IMG/VR virus record: IMGVR_UViG_3300028490_000001
Location: 14,677 to 78,676 of that record
Source of the DNA: a virus
Taxonomy: Duplodnaviria > Heunggongvirae > Uroviricota > Caudoviricetes > Schitoviridae
DNA: 64,000 nt
Strand: one strand, 5' to 3'
The notes below the pieces were generated by a model that saw only the letters and a program-made list of their open reading frames with translations, was not told the DNA's origin and ran no database searches. Positions 1-11,253 of this stretch are shown here, one piece after another. The stretch's first letter is position 1; each line of letters starts with the position of its first letter. Position numbers and translations under genes: made by a program.

Positions 1-1822
1 TTCCTATTGCCTGGTTAAATGACAACATTATTCCTGATGAGCTAGCATCCGCTTTTGTTCTGTAGACAATACTAAATGAGCCGTTATCTTTTCTTATGTT
101 TGATATTGCTTCAATAATCATAAGCTTGTTCCAAGGATTACCCTTGAACTTTATAGGGTGTGTACCTATTTTACCTTTTGCAAGTGCACGCATGAACCCC
201 ATACGCTTTTTGGCATCAACAGTAACTCCTTCTCCAAATAAAGCATTGTATCTTGATATAAGGTAGTCAATATCAGGGTCAAAACCTTCTTCTGTTATCT
301 GTCTCTCACTTAGTCCTTTTTCTCCACCTGTCTCATCATTTATTCCATGAATGATTTGATTCTTTAGATTTTTCCCTAGAGCGGTAGTAGTATCTATAAC
401 TACTGGTTTACCGTTTACCATGTTTCTAGCAAAGTGCTTATCCATTTGCTCGTTTAATACTGTAGATAGATATTCTAAACGAGTGGTTCTGTATAATTGA
501 GTTTCATGTGTAAATGCTTTTGGAGAACCATCTTCATTTATAAAATCATCTATATTCATTATGAGTTGAACCAGAGGGTTCTGTTTTGATATTGATTGCC
601 CTATTGAGCTCTTAAAGTTATCGGATGTAGTCTTTGGGCTCAACGCACCAAATATTTCATTCGCCTCTATATCAGAGAGACCCATCTTTGAATATAAGTT
701 TTTTAGTGTAGCCTCTGCACTGGTAGTACTTATGTCTCCAAGTTCATCTAGTATTTCTCTCATGTACTTGAGCATTGCTATTGAATTTTCGTTGAGGTAT
801 GACTCTTTCTCCTGTAGCTCCACCATTAGTGACATATTGTCTGCAGTGATGTTGTCTCCAGAGTTCGTAAAGCCAAGGTCTTTTACTTTCGGCTTACTGT
901 ATTCCTTGTTTACCTCAGTATGGTCAGTAAGTGGCAGCTTTACATTGGACGGAACCACTAATCTATTTACTGCAGATATACCATTTAATGTTTCAGATAA
1001 TGTATCAAAAACACTAATACTCTTTAGGTCTCCAGCTCTAAGGGCTTCAGAGATTGCAGCTCTAGATTTTTCATCCTTCTTTTGAGAGCCCTCAAGGAAT
1101 GCGTCTGTCACTATAGATATAGTCTTGAACCCGCCTAATGTTAATTCACCTTGCTTACTATAGTCTTTTAAATTAGACTTGTAGTATCCAGGGTTTATAA
1201 TATGGTCGTTCTCTGAGACTCTAACTAGTCCAGCATCGACAAGTCTCTGTATTGCATCTTCACCGAGTTTTTGGTATTTTGCATTATTCATTACTGCATC
1301 ATGGTGGTATTTGAAGCCTAAGTGCTCTGCAATTACTTTACCTATTGTCTGAGCAACTGGTGCAAAGTTTACCTTTCTTGACATGTCATCATTGAACAAC
1401 ACTCTTGATGCAGTTTCACCAGTGAGTCCTATGTTCTCCTGTATGTTTGCTTCATTTGTTATTGCCGCAATAATTTCATGCAGTGCAACACTTTTCTGCA
1501 GTATATCATTTCCTGCTTCTGCCTTTTCAAGGTCTGTTTTTGCTTCAGGAACACTAGCTACGATGAGGTTTGATTCTTTCGAGTTATCGACATTCTTTGA
1601 TATTTTTTTCCATGTTTCAGGATTAAACTTCTCTATAAACTTTAGTTTTGCTTCTGCTCCGACTGAATTACCAGCCTTATGAAGAAGGTTATATATGTCA
1701 GCATGTAATACTCTTGTTATGTCAAATGACATAGGTTTTTTTCTACCTTTGCCATTGTACGTTATAGGTCTTACTTTATCTCTCTTAGCATCAAAAGCAA
1801 TTGGTTTTAAACAGTTTCCCAT
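1..1822 (-). CDS. N-terminal ~607 aa of a large virion-type single-subunit RNA polymerase (N4 gp50-like vRNAP); the gene continues beyond the left edge
   Basis: This is my own reverse-strand translation; it is absent from the ORF track because no stop is reached. ATG at 1822-1820 follows AAGGA, 3 nt after the stop of the 1156-aa gene, and the frame stays open to position 2. Near the edge it reads SIVYRTKADASSSGIMLSFNQAIG, which matches T7 RNAP motif A (DGSCSGIQHFS). About 144 aa upstream, LYRTTRLEY resembles the T/DxxGR motif. The gene sits last in the late operon, as N4 gp50 does. Confidence 0.6.
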   Translation of the reverse strand, partial: MGNCLKPIAFDAKRDKVRPITYNGKGRKKPMSFDITRVLHADIYNLLHKAGNSVGAEAKLKFIEKFNPETWKKISKNVDNSKESNLIVASVPEAKTDLEKAEAGNDILQKSVALHEIIAAITNEANIQENIGLTGETASRVLFNDDMSRKVNFAPVAQTIGKVIAEHLGFKYHHDAVMNNAKYQKLGEDAIQRLVDAGLVRVSENDHIINPGYYKSNLKDYSKQGELTLGGFKTISIVTDAFLEGSQKKDEKSRAAISEALRAGDLKSISVFDTLSETLNGISAVNRLVVPSNVKLPLTDHTEVNKEYSKPKVKDLGFTNSGDNITADNMSLMVELQEKESYLNENSIAMLKYMREILDELGDISTTSAEATLKNLYSKMGLSDIEANEIFGALSPKTTSDNFKSSIGQSISKQNPLVQLIMNIDDFINEDGSPKAFTHETQLYRTTRLEYLSTVLNEQMDKHFARNMVNGKPVVIDTTTALGKNLKNQIIHGINDETGGEKGLSERQITEEGFDPDIDYLISRYNALFGEGVTVDAKKRMGFMRALAKGKIGTHPIKFKGNPWNKLMIIEAISNIRKDNGSFSIVYRTKADASSSGIMLSFNQAIG

Positions 1823-1825
1823 TAA

Positions 1826-4800
1826 TTATCCTTCACATTTCTTATTCATAAAGTCTTCTAGAGACATTTCTTCTCCTAGAGTGTCATCTAGGGACTGAGT
1901 TTGCATACTCTCTTTTATTTCATTAACATTATAGCTCATTTCTTGCCCAAGAAAGCTAGGTTCAGCATTTTCTTTCGTGTCTTCTGTTGCCTCTTCCGTG
2001 GTATCAGTGGGTACATCATCGTTACTTTCAGTCGTATCATCCTCTACACTACTTGTTTCGATATTATCTTCGACTGGATTATTCTTTTCAAAATCTTCAG
2101 CAATAGGCAATTCAGTAATTAGAGATGCCCTTTGCTTAAGAAGGTCTGCTGTGTTAGAACCATCCACCTTTAGTTCTTCTTCAATCTTTGAAATCATACT
2201 TTTTATTTCTACAGAACTTTTGAAGAATGAATGTCCATCAAGGGCGTTTTCTATGTCACTTGATGAGTCTTTAGAAAATGAGTCTAGCCTCTTATTAAAT
2301 ACTTTAGCTTGGTTCTTTGTTATAAAATTTCTGTCAACAAGTGCCTGTATAGCTTCTCTTATTGAACCAACCTCTTCTGATGACGCTATATTCCCTTGTG
2401 ATATCAGCCTTGTAATCTTTTTGTAGTTATTGGCTTTTTCTTTTGGGTCCATAGAAAAAGATGCATCACTTACAACTTCGCTATCTGTTGCATACGGATT
2501 AATAGTAAGCTTACTTCTTGCCGAAGAAGCTCTATCGTTAATCACACTATTTGCTATCTTCTTGAGTCTTGATTTCTTAGGAAGCTCCTGAATCATCTTC
2601 TTTAGTGATGCATTAGAATACTTAGTCATCTTGTTGTATGCTTCTCTTGAGCTCTCTTTCCCTTTGCCGAATAGTGTCTTGATTAGCTCTCCAGGAACTT
2701 CTTTGAGCGTAGGATTAGCAGTAGCGTCATCCTTCATTGAATTGTCTGACATATCAACGCTGTCGTTGCTTCTAGAGCCAGAAATCCCTGCCTTTTTCCC
2801 GTCTGTTCTAGCCTTGTCAAAATATGATATATTTGAAGATACTATTTCAATATTTCTTTCATTTTCTTCATTTATTGAAGATACCCATCCTAGGGCACCA
2901 TTTTTTATACTGTCAAAGTTTTTACTCATAACATCGTTCGTAACCATAGTCGATAGGTTTTTAGACATAGAGGCTTTCCCTATAATAGATACAATTACTT
3001 CCATATCCTCACTTGAATCAATCGCTGCTCCTATGTCAGCACTCGTAGCATCATCCTCTAATCCAAGCTCTGCAATAAGTAAGTCAGATACTTTTTTTCT
3101 TTTTGACGCATTCTTGATTGCTTTGTTCTTTGCCTCCATGAATACTTCACTGCCCTCAACTGACTCTTTTGATAACAGGGCTTTCTTCCCTATTTCTATC
3201 TGTGCATTCAACTCTTCGTTGCCAGTTGCTTCTAATTGTTCCATATTCTCTGCATTCTGGATAGCTTCAGTGGTTCTAACTATTGACTCTCTATTGCCCT
3301 CGTTACCTTTGAGCTCTTGTGTGAATGCATCCCTAGCTAGTTTATAGTCATTATCAGACAGATTTTGTATCTCTCTAGTGTTTAGATTTTTTGCTTTATT
3401 TTCTTTCGCAGATATTCTTGCATTGTTCAATGCTTTTCCAGCTGCTGGAACAGCCTGTACTGAGGCAGAGACTGCAGAACCTGCTACTGTCATACCACCA
3501 CCAGCGAATCCACCAGTAATACCTTGTCTGAGGTTCTTCTCATTCATTGTCTTTAGTGCACGTTTCGCATTCTCTTTACTGAAGATGTCAGATATTGAAC
3601 CGTCTGTGTCCCTTTTCATTGTGTTGAATTGCTCTTCCATTGCCTCTGATGTTTCCTGAATAGTCTCACCAATCTGTGAACCAGCTACAGCTGCAACTCC
3701 AGAAGCAACCTTAGCCTTTATGCCCTTTCCTGTAAAAGTTTTACCTATCTTGTTTAATCCAAATAGCGTAAGTACTTTCTCTATGTATATAGTAGGAACA
3801 ATTGTGCCTATAGCTTGTGCAACTTCTGCATTAGTCATATCTCTATTGTTATTCTTTTTGAATGCATCCATCCGGTCATCTAGGCGTGTACCTGTAGTAA
3901 TCGCTATACCACCTGGAATGATAAGCTGCAACATCTCTCCTGCAGAGTCACCAATTGATTCCGGCACATTTTCAACTGTCTTCTTAACATATGTTAAGTA
4001 GTCTTCGTTGTCCCATGCCTCATTCGCTTCGTGCTCAGTCTTCTGCTTTCTGTCTCTAGCGAGCTTGTTTACACCAGCATATATGTCTGACGCTGTACTG
4101 CTGTCTGCAAATTCTTTTGAGGTCATCCCTGTATCTAGAAATTCAGAACCCGCTCTATCCTTATATGCTTTATCTGTTAGAGCTTTATTTTTAGCCATAT
4201 CCTCTTTGCTTTTTCCAAACAATGGACCAAGAGTGTCTTCTTGCTTGTTGTATAACCACTTCATAAAAGTATCTGTGCTGTCATCAAAATTTGCAAGTGT
4301 TTTGACTGCAGAGCCCTTTGCCATATCTACAACTTCTGCGAACTTACCTTCATATCCTTCTTTATCATGGTACTCTGAGAAGTCCAAATATTGCTCTTCT
4401 TCAGATTCATCTCTAATTTTCGATGGTGGTGTACCTTTCCACCCAAGAGCCTTGGCTCTTTCATCTTCGCTCATTGATTCCATTATTTTCTGCTCTAATA
4501 TACTCAGACCAGTATTATCTTTTTTTATATTTTCCGTTTTGGCATTAAACAGTGGCATACTATTTCCGTCATAGTATTCAGACGCACCACTACCTGTACC
4601 ACGTCTGAAGGCTGCAGATTCGCTTGAACCGTCATCGAAAGACTTTCTTGCCCCTATATTTCCTTCATTACCATGGAATATCTTCTCAGCATTTGCCGCA
4701 ACACCTATCGGTAGTTCCCAATTTGCATATAAGTCCTGCTCATCTATTCCAGTTTTCCCTGAAGCCCATCCATATTGCTTCTCTAAACCATTATTGTCAG

Positions 4801-5296
4801 TGACTATGGTTCCAGGAGTGTACCTCTCTTTTCCTCCGTACTTTGAAAACCCTATCTTTGTCATGTCACGGTCTTCTTTTCCGTGCCCCATATATAAATA
4901 TCCTGTATCGGTACTACTTTCTACGGCAATCTTTCTGCCATTTGAGTCCAATGTATATGGAGTGCCATCTGATTCTCTGTATATTCTCTGGTCGTACACA
5001 TCACTAAGCATTTGCTGTTGCTCTGCACCGGTAGCAGTGTTATATATTTTGTTTCTGTTTTGTACATCATGACCAGCAATGGTTGAGTAACCATCACTTT
5101 CACTATTGAGCTGGTCCAGGAATCCAGATGATACATCTCTATATCCATTGTTGTCCACTATAGCTTTCTTTTCTGCATATTTGCTTTCTACGCTGAGCTT
5201 TTTCTGCTCAGACAATGTTGGTACTGGAGCATATGAGCTCTCCAGTGTATTGTATTTTTGCTGCTCTGCAGCAAGCATATCATCAAACAACGCCAT
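1826..5296 (-). CDS. large internal virion/ejection-type protein, function unknown (1156 aa)
   Basis: A long uninterrupted ORF packed 3 nt upstream of the vRNAP-like gene. The C-terminus is acidic and rich in D/E/T. I recognised no catalytic motif. Confidence 0.6.
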   Translation of the reverse strand: MALFDDMLAAEQQKYNTLESSYAPVPTLSEQKKLSVESKYAEKKAIVDNNGYRDVSSGFLDQLNSESDGYSTIAGHDVQNRNKIYNTATGAEQQQMLSDVYDQRIYRESDGTPYTLDSNGRKIAVESSTDTGYLYMGHGKEDRDMTKIGFSKYGGKERYTPGTIVTDNNGLEKQYGWASGKTGIDEQDLYANWELPIGVAANAEKIFHGNEGNIGARKSFDDGSSESAAFRRGTGSGASEYYDGNSMPLFNAKTENIKKDNTGLSILEQKIMESMSEDERAKALGWKGTPPSKIRDESEEEQYLDFSEYHDKEGYEGKFAEVVDMAKGSAVKTLANFDDSTDTFMKWLYNKQEDTLGPLFGKSKEDMAKNKALTDKAYKDRAGSEFLDTGMTSKEFADSSTASDIYAGVNKLARDRKQKTEHEANEAWDNEDYLTYVKKTVENVPESIGDSAGEMLQLIIPGGIAITTGTRLDDRMDAFKKNNNRDMTNAEVAQAIGTIVPTIYIEKVLTLFGLNKIGKTFTGKGIKAKVASGVAAVAGSQIGETIQETSEAMEEQFNTMKRDTDGSISDIFSKENAKRALKTMNEKNLRQGITGGFAGGGMTVAGSAVSASVQAVPAAGKALNNARISAKENKAKNLNTREIQNLSDNDYKLARDAFTQELKGNEGNRESIVRTTEAIQNAENMEQLEATGNEELNAQIEIGKKALLSKESVEGSEVFMEAKNKAIKNASKRKKVSDLLIAELGLEDDATSADIGAAIDSSEDMEVIVSIIGKASMSKNLSTMVTNDVMSKNFDSIKNGALGWVSSINEENERNIEIVSSNISYFDKARTDGKKAGISGSRSNDSVDMSDNSMKDDATANPTLKEVPGELIKTLFGKGKESSREAYNKMTKYSNASLKKMIQELPKKSRLKKIANSVINDRASSARSKLTINPYATDSEVVSDASFSMDPKEKANNYKKITRLISQGNIASSEEVGSIREAIQALVDRNFITKNQAKVFNKRLDSFSKDSSSDIENALDGHSFFKSSVEIKSMISKIEEELKVDGSNTADLLKQRASLITELPIAEDFEKNNPVEDNIETSSVEDDTTESNDDVPTDTTEEATEDTKENAEPSFLGQEMSYNVNEIKESMQTQSLDDTLGEEMSLEDFMNKKCEG

Positions 5297-5305
5297 AGAG
5301 TCTCC

Positions 5306-6898
5306 TTATTTTTTCTTTGTTTTATATTTTTTTATCCATCTTTTCAACGCACTTTCTAATTCTTTTGCAGAACCATCTATTCCCGGTCTATCATTCTCTC
5401 CAGGGAATGAATCTTCTGAGTCAAAAACTCCGCTTGCTTCTTCTGACTGGAAGAAGTTTAACAAGTCTTTGTCATCTACTTTCTTGAGATGTTTTTTATT
5501 CTCAGGTAGGTTTGCCCACTTGTTTACAGTTTCAAGTGCTGTAGATAGTTTTCTAGTATCGCCACCATCAAAGTTTCCATAATCATCATTTCCAGAAGAA
5601 TAGTATCCTTTTATTGTCGACACCGCTCCAGTGGTACTAAGGTCTGTATAATCTTTTGACCTTTTTCCACCACTGTTGTCATATGGGACATACTTCCCAC
5701 CCTTCATTCTGCCTTTTCCTGTAGCAACCAGTATCTTAACTTTTTGGGCTATGCTATCTTCGTCAGCCTGCTTCTTGTCTTTTTTCTTCTGCAGTGCATC
5801 TGTTTTCTTCTTTGCTGAATCAAGCATCTCTTTTTCATAGATATTGTTTGTCATCTCAGCGTCATATGCTCTTTTCAATTTAGCTTTTTTAGCCTTTGCC
5901 TCTAGCTTTAGGTTTTCTTTTATGTACTTAGCCTGCTTGCCAAGCCCTTTTGGGTTAGTGGCTGCAACTTTATTTATTCTTGATATCTCTTTTGAAAGCT
6001 CACTATCAATGTCATATACACTATTGTTATAGCTAGTTTCTATTGCTTTCGCCTTCTGAACAATGCTGCCTGAGTTAGGTTTTGCATTTGCTGCAGGTGA
6101 ACTTGCTTGCGCAACTACTTTTTCTAGTGGAGAACCACCACTCATGCGATTTATATTATCAACAGCTATGTTGTTGTTTTTTATCGTTGGTCCAGGTGTA
6201 TTCGTAGGCTTAGGATTAAACATTTCATATCCAGCGTCTTTTGAGCTTCTGTTCATGATTTCAGTCATTGTATCAGCACTTGTTGGTTCTGGCTGTTTAA
6301 ATATGTTTCCTCTACGAGCATCAACTCCTAGTTGCATCATGGCGTCTTCACCTACCTGAGCTGGTGTTCTCTGGGCATCACTGTACATCTTGTCTGCTAT
6401 TGTTTTCTCTAAGTTCCATTTTGAGAGACCATCGTCACCCTGCTCTGGTATCTTAAGGAAACGTTCTGCAGTTGGAATAGCTGGAGTGTTTGCTCCTCCA
6501 TATAACGCGGCTAAGCCTGCAGCACTGGTCTTTGCAGCAGCTCTAGCTCTTGATGCAGATGCTATGCTTCTAGCCTCTGCCCTTTGCTTAAATGCTTGAG
6601 CTGTTCTATATTTCTGGTTCTCGTAACTAGCGTCTGCTATTGCAGCAGCATTATATATTCCTGTACGCTCAGGAGTCTTTCCTGCTCTAATCTGTTCAAT
6701 TATGTTTGCCGTGTTCGCTGCACTTTTAGATTTTGCATTCTGGTCACTATTAGCAGTATGCTGCTTTAGAACACTTGATAGTGCGTCTTCCATCCCGCTG
6801 TTCCCATGTGCCATCATGGAGGATGCGAGTCTTGCTTCAGCTACACCTGCATTTGCATCCCATCTGGATGCAGTCCATTTTGGTAGTTTATTAGCCAT
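5306..6898 (-). CDS. late-module virion protein, function unknown (530 aa)
   Basis: ORF with 4-10 nt gaps to its neighbours in the late operon. It is rich in A/K/S and looks low-complexity or coiled-coil. Confidence 0.6.
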   Translation of the reverse strand: MANKLPKWTASRWDANAGVAEARLASSMMAHGNSGMEDALSSVLKQHTANSDQNAKSKSAANTANIIEQIRAGKTPERTGIYNAAAIADASYENQKYRTAQAFKQRAEARSIASASRARAAAKTSAAGLAALYGGANTPAIPTAERFLKIPEQGDDGLSKWNLEKTIADKMYSDAQRTPAQVGEDAMMQLGVDARRGNIFKQPEPTSADTMTEIMNRSSKDAGYEMFNPKPTNTPGPTIKNNNIAVDNINRMSGGSPLEKVVAQASSPAANAKPNSGSIVQKAKAIETSYNNSVYDIDSELSKEISRINKVAATNPKGLGKQAKYIKENLKLEAKAKKAKLKRAYDAEMTNNIYEKEMLDSAKKKTDALQKKKDKKQADEDSIAQKVKILVATGKGRMKGGKYVPYDNSGGKRSKDYTDLSTTGAVSTIKGYYSSGNDDYGNFDGGDTRKLSTALETVNKWANLPENKKHLKKVDDKDLLNFFQSEEASGVFDSEDSFPGENDRPGIDGSAKELESALKRWIKKYKTKKK

Positions 6899-6901
6899 GA
6901 C

Positions 6902-7558
6902 TTATCCTTTTATTTTTTTCTTATTCGCAGGAACCTGTCTTATTGGTTGTGCTGTCTTAGCAAAAGCAGAGCTCATTGTTCCACCATTAACTGGCACAAC
7001 TGGAGCTACCGTATTGGCTTGCTTTCCAGTATTGGCACCATTTGCTCCTGATGAGTATTCGCTTGGTATATCTACGATATTACTCTGTGTTCCATCTGCA
7101 GCAACTATTCCAGAACCAACACCTTCGTATTGGCTACTTATAGCTGCCCTATTCCCAGTACCGCCTGCATTTAAGTCTGCAAACATTGAACGATATGCTG
7201 AGTTTTGGTTGATTTTTCTATTGTAGCCATCTCTCCTCATCGCTAAATCTCTCCAGTAGTTATCTTGAGAAAATTTAAACTTATCTCTTGAGAGCTCATA
7301 CATATCTTCTGCATTCTGTGTTTCATTCCATCCATTAAATGCACTAAGTGCACCTAGACCGTAATCAAGGATACCCATATCTTTAATCATTGAGCCATCT
7401 GCTCCTGCATGTGAGCTGCTCATCCAGTTCATTCCAAGGTTTTTCTTAGCCCATCCATCGCTGCTAGAGCCGACGTTTAATGGAATCTTGTTGTCTGACA
7501 TTATATCTTCCCAGCTCCCATTTCCTCCGCCAAAGTCTTTCATATATTCATAGCTCAT
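6902..7558 (-). CDS. late-module protein, function unknown (218 aa)
   Basis: ORF tightly packed within the late operon; Gly/Ser/Asn-rich. Confidence 0.6.
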   Translation of the reverse strand: MSYEYMKDFGGGNGSWEDIMSDNKIPLNVGSSSDGWAKKNLGMNWMSSSHAGADGSMIKDMGILDYGLGALSAFNGWNETQNAEDMYELSRDKFKFSQDNYWRDLAMRRDGYNRKINQNSAYRSMFADLNAGGTGNRAAISSQYEGVGSGIVAADGTQSNIVDIPSEYSSGANGANTGKQANTVAPVVPVNGGTMSSAFAKTAQPIRQVPANKKKIKG

Positions 7559-7578
7559 CTTATTATCCTTTTTATATT

Positions 7579-9747
7579 TTATGTTTCTCTCATTAGTCTA
7601 TTGACATCATCACGCCCATTGACACCATCTACAAGTGCCAAATCAAGGTTTAATGTTCTGTTTATAAACTGTTCTTCTGTTTCCGGATTGACTAATGTTG
7701 AAATAAATCCAAGTATAGTTTCAGGACTCTCTAGTGCAATTGTACCAGCTTCTTCCATAAGAGTCTTCATTTCTTCATCATTGGCTCTTACCTTCTTCTC
7801 AAATTCGGCAACCTCATCTTTTAATTCTTCAGCTTTCTTTCTTACTTGAGACATATTGTATGAGTTCACAGCATCCATTGTCTTTATTGCTAGGCCTGCT
7901 AGAACACTTGGGTCTCCAAGTTGTGAGAAATCTTGTGTATATACAGAGTATATAAGCTGAAATACTGCTAGTAGCCATGCTGCATCAATTATGTCGGAGA
8001 GAAAGAGTCCGATGACTTTGAACACCAGCATCTTTATCACCGTGGTAATTGCCGCCGTGGCTAGGGAGTAGAGCGTCAGTGACTGACCACCAGTCCACCA
8101 TGCAACAACGACTGCCACAACGAAGAATACAACCTTGAATATACCAGTCTGATACCACTTTAGTTTTATCCTCTTTACAGAATAAACACAAAGTATTACG
8201 CTCTCTCGCAAGAACCTCTCTCTTCTAAATAGCGGTATATGCTTCGACGCCTTGTACTCAAGTGGGAACAGGACTGCTTCAAGACCCTTATCGTTTGAGC
8301 TTATGTCATCGAACGGGTCATCACCTGATGGATTGTCAGGTTCCCCGTTCGTGTTCTCAATCTCTACTGTAATATATGTGTCTTCATTTACGCCAAGTAT
8401 ATTGTGTTTTATATTTACAACAACATGGTATTTTGATTTCACATTGTACATCAACGGTCCGAGTGAGGAGAGTAAGCCATCACTATTTATCTGAAAAGAA
8501 CCAACGTCTGGTCCAGATATTGAATATGTATAACTTAATCCTCCAGGAGCGTCCTTGTGCATGTCTCGTACATAAGTGGTTCCGTTTGGTACAGTTGTGC
8601 TGTCTTTTACAGTATCCGTACCACCCTTCTGTCCAACAGATGCAAATACTGCTCTGTAGTCTCCACGGGTATCAGTAAACCCATGCAGAGAGCCATATCC
8701 CCATATTCTTATCTCACCATATGTTGTTGCTGTTAGTTGAACTTGTATCTCTAATAGAGATGGCGTATTTTTACCAACAGAGGCTATGTTTGTTGCAGAC
8801 TTTATAACTTGAATTATAGGGTCCCCTACTCCATCGCCTCTGTTTGCTGTTGAACCGTGGTAATATTTATGATTAGCTTTAGCTTTTCTCCACTTAGGTG
8901 CACCAACGTCAAACTCATCCTTTACGACACCACGTCTTATTATGTGTGACCATTCCTTCCATCCACATAATACTGAGAAGTTTCCAGACACAAGCTCCAT
9001 TATGTAGTTTTGGTATGGGAAATCCTTCTTAATCTTAGCATCTACACCATTGAATGTTACTTTTGGGTAAGTCTCTGCACAGGTATGATATAGAGCGATT
9101 GTATTTGTTTCACCAAGCTCAGAACCAATAGCACCTACAGTAGTATATACATCTGATATATCACTAACGTTTTCTCTCTGCTCGTTCAAATCCTTGACCA
9201 TTTGCTCTCTATATGCAGCCAAGGTAGGATATTCTGATTGAAGCTCCTCAGATAGCTCCCAGGCCTTCTTATAGGGCTTAAAGTCTCTATCGGTAAGTGC
9301 TGGAATATCTTCTGGCTCAAGAACGGCAGTATGGAGCGATTCCAGCTCCATATTAAATGACTTCATGAATTTATCTACGTGTTTTCTTCTAGCGTCTGTC
9401 TTTGGCATGTCAAAATACCCATTTGTGCCTGCAGCTACTGAGTAGTCATCCTTTACAGGACATGCTCCATAGAATGTATGGTCATCTATTGTACCGTGGT
9501 TATAGTCTGCTCCATGTGAGCCATTTACCAAGTATGGTCTGAATTCATTAAATCTATTTATTGGGTCTTTGTAGATGCTTCTCATGGTAGCTGTATTGCC
9601 AGACTTTATATCTTCTACCATGAAGTCTGCTATATCTATGTCTGCAGCAGCAGAGAAGGTCGCTGCCTCCCCTATATACTTATCCTTGTGGTCTCTCTTA
9701 GCGAGTATAGTCTGTAGAGATACAGACTTTACATATTCATATGCCAT
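7579..9747 (-). CDS. virion protein with C-terminal transmembrane helices (722 aa)
   Basis: ORF in the late operon. The C-terminal third holds several long hydrophobic stretches (for example FKVVFFVVAVVVAWW and VIKMLVFKVIGLFL) followed by a coiled-coil tail. Confidence 0.6.
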   Translation of the reverse strand: MAYEYVKSVSLQTILAKRDHKDKYIGEAATFSAAADIDIADFMVEDIKSGNTATMRSIYKDPINRFNEFRPYLVNGSHGADYNHGTIDDHTFYGACPVKDDYSVAAGTNGYFDMPKTDARRKHVDKFMKSFNMELESLHTAVLEPEDIPALTDRDFKPYKKAWELSEELQSEYPTLAAYREQMVKDLNEQRENVSDISDVYTTVGAIGSELGETNTIALYHTCAETYPKVTFNGVDAKIKKDFPYQNYIMELVSGNFSVLCGWKEWSHIIRRGVVKDEFDVGAPKWRKAKANHKYYHGSTANRGDGVGDPIIQVIKSATNIASVGKNTPSLLEIQVQLTATTYGEIRIWGYGSLHGFTDTRGDYRAVFASVGQKGGTDTVKDSTTVPNGTTYVRDMHKDAPGGLSYTYSISGPDVGSFQINSDGLLSSLGPLMYNVKSKYHVVVNIKHNILGVNEDTYITVEIENTNGEPDNPSGDDPFDDISSNDKGLEAVLFPLEYKASKHIPLFRRERFLRESVILCVYSVKRIKLKWYQTGIFKVVFFVVAVVVAWWTGGQSLTLYSLATAAITTVIKMLVFKVIGLFLSDIIDAAWLLAVFQLIYSVYTQDFSQLGDPSVLAGLAIKTMDAVNSYNMSQVRKKAEELKDEVAEFEKKVRANDEEMKTLMEEAGTIALESPETILGFISTLVNPETEEQFINRTLNLDLALVDGVNGRDDVNRLMRET

Positions 9748-9753
9748 CTTATA

Positions 9754-10458
9754 TTACACGCCAACACTTGTTCTCACGCTGTTTACTAGTTGGTTCATTC
9801 CTTGTGGTCCATCTGCAGCTAAAACGCTAGGTGTATTACCAACTCCATCATATACTTCTGATATGAAGACTGTCCACATGTTAGATACTGTTTTGAACGT
9901 ATCATTCTTTGATTTGTTTACAAAACTTTTCGTTTGTGCTCTATATAACAATACTTGTTCTTTTGCTGATTCTATCTGAACTGCTTCTAGAGCTCTTTTA
10001 GATTTACCATTTGCTTTCAACTCTTTTTCTTGAGTCTCAATTAATCCTGCCTCTGCACGAAGTTTTCCTCTTTGGACCCTACCTGTGAGTCTCATTTCGT
10101 TTTCTTCTGTACACATTTTTGATACTTCTGCTTGAACCTTTAGTAGTTGAAATTCTGCTATCTTCAATTCGTATCTAGACTTTTCAGCCTCAAGCTTTGC
10201 TGTTACTTCACCTATTACAAACTTATTTGCATTCTCCATCATTGATGGGATTAGCTCTACCATAGCTGCTGCTAAATCAGCACCTTTTATTCTGCCTTCA
10301 TCATATTGTATAGCTAGCTGACTAGCAGATGCTCTCATGTACTTATCAAACTGACCTTGACCTGTTAGAGCATCCTCTTCAGTTACCTTCCTCATTGGTG
10401 TTGATGGAGGTAGATTATCTATAAGTTCTTTATTTACACAAGACATATTACCTGGCAT
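9754..10458 (-). CDS. late-module protein, function unknown (234 aa)
   Basis: ORF 6 nt upstream of the next gene; the central region looks coiled-coil. Confidence 0.6.
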   Translation of the reverse strand: MPGNMSCVNKELIDNLPPSTPMRKVTEEDALTGQGQFDKYMRASASQLAIQYDEGRIKGADLAAAMVELIPSMMENANKFVIGEVTAKLEAEKSRYELKIAEFQLLKVQAEVSKMCTEENEMRLTGRVQRGKLRAEAGLIETQEKELKANGKSKRALEAVQIESAKEQVLLYRAQTKSFVNKSKNDTFKTVSNMWTVFISEVYDGVGNTPSVLAADGPQGMNQLVNSVRTSVGV

Positions 10459-10513
10459 TGTTATTCCTTTTAAATTATATTATAGAACCACCCATTGGTG
10501 GCTCTGAATAGAA

Positions 10514-11170
10514 TTAGTCTATAGCCATTCGAGCAGATTGCTCTGCAGCTAGTGCATCTAATTCTTCCTGTGTTAAATCAGGAAGGACTTCTACAGAGTG
10601 AGCTTTGATTATCTTAGCTGTCTGTACATACTTTCCGTCTTTACCTTTTTTGTTTACAAAGATTGTACATTCTCTATCTTTGAGCATGTTGTAGATTATC
10701 TGTGGTATATGATAACCCTCTTCTATATTGAAAGGAACATATTTCTTGATATCACCAATAACATCATTCCCAACAGTTATAATCTCGCCTTCCCAGTTTT
10801 GTTTAGCCGGGTCCTTACATGTAACAATTACACGAACTTGTCTTGTAGCTTCTTTACGAGCTTGCATTTTTGCTTTACCTATGGCAGCATACCCTACAGC
10901 TTTCTCTCCAACATCTTTTACCATGTTTGTTTCAAAGTTGTTTGTTATCTTTTGCTTTTCGACTTCTAGTTTTTCTGCGAACTCTATTTCAAGTTGCTTT
11001 CTGATGTCTTCCTCGCTAAATGTAACTACTGGTTGCTCTGGCAGTTCTATTGTATCTGCTCCATCTAATGCTGCAAGTACTGCTTTTTTAATTACTTCTG
11101 TCTTTGCGTTTGATGCGAACGACAATCCAAGTTTCTCTGCTTCTGCTAATAACTCTTGTCTTTCTGTCAT
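10514..11170 (-). CDS. late-module protein, function unknown (218 aa)
   Basis: ORF flanked on both sides by the conserved GAGCCACC...GGTGGTTC hairpins. Confidence 0.6.
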   Translation of the reverse strand: MTERQELLAEAEKLGLSFASNAKTEVIKKAVLAALDGADTIELPEQPVVTFSEEDIRKQLEIEFAEKLEVEKQKITNNFETNMVKDVGEKAVGYAAIGKAKMQARKEATRQVRVIVTCKDPAKQNWEGEIITVGNDVIGDIKKYVPFNIEEGYHIPQIIYNMLKDRECTIFVNKKGKDGKYVQTAKIIKAHSVEVLPDLTQEELDALAAEQSARMAID

Positions 11171-11253
11171 GTTGAATCCTTTTTTTGTTTGGTTTGGTTT
11201 AAGGCTAGTGCCACAAGAACCACCCTTGGGTGGCTCAAGTCATACTAGATTAT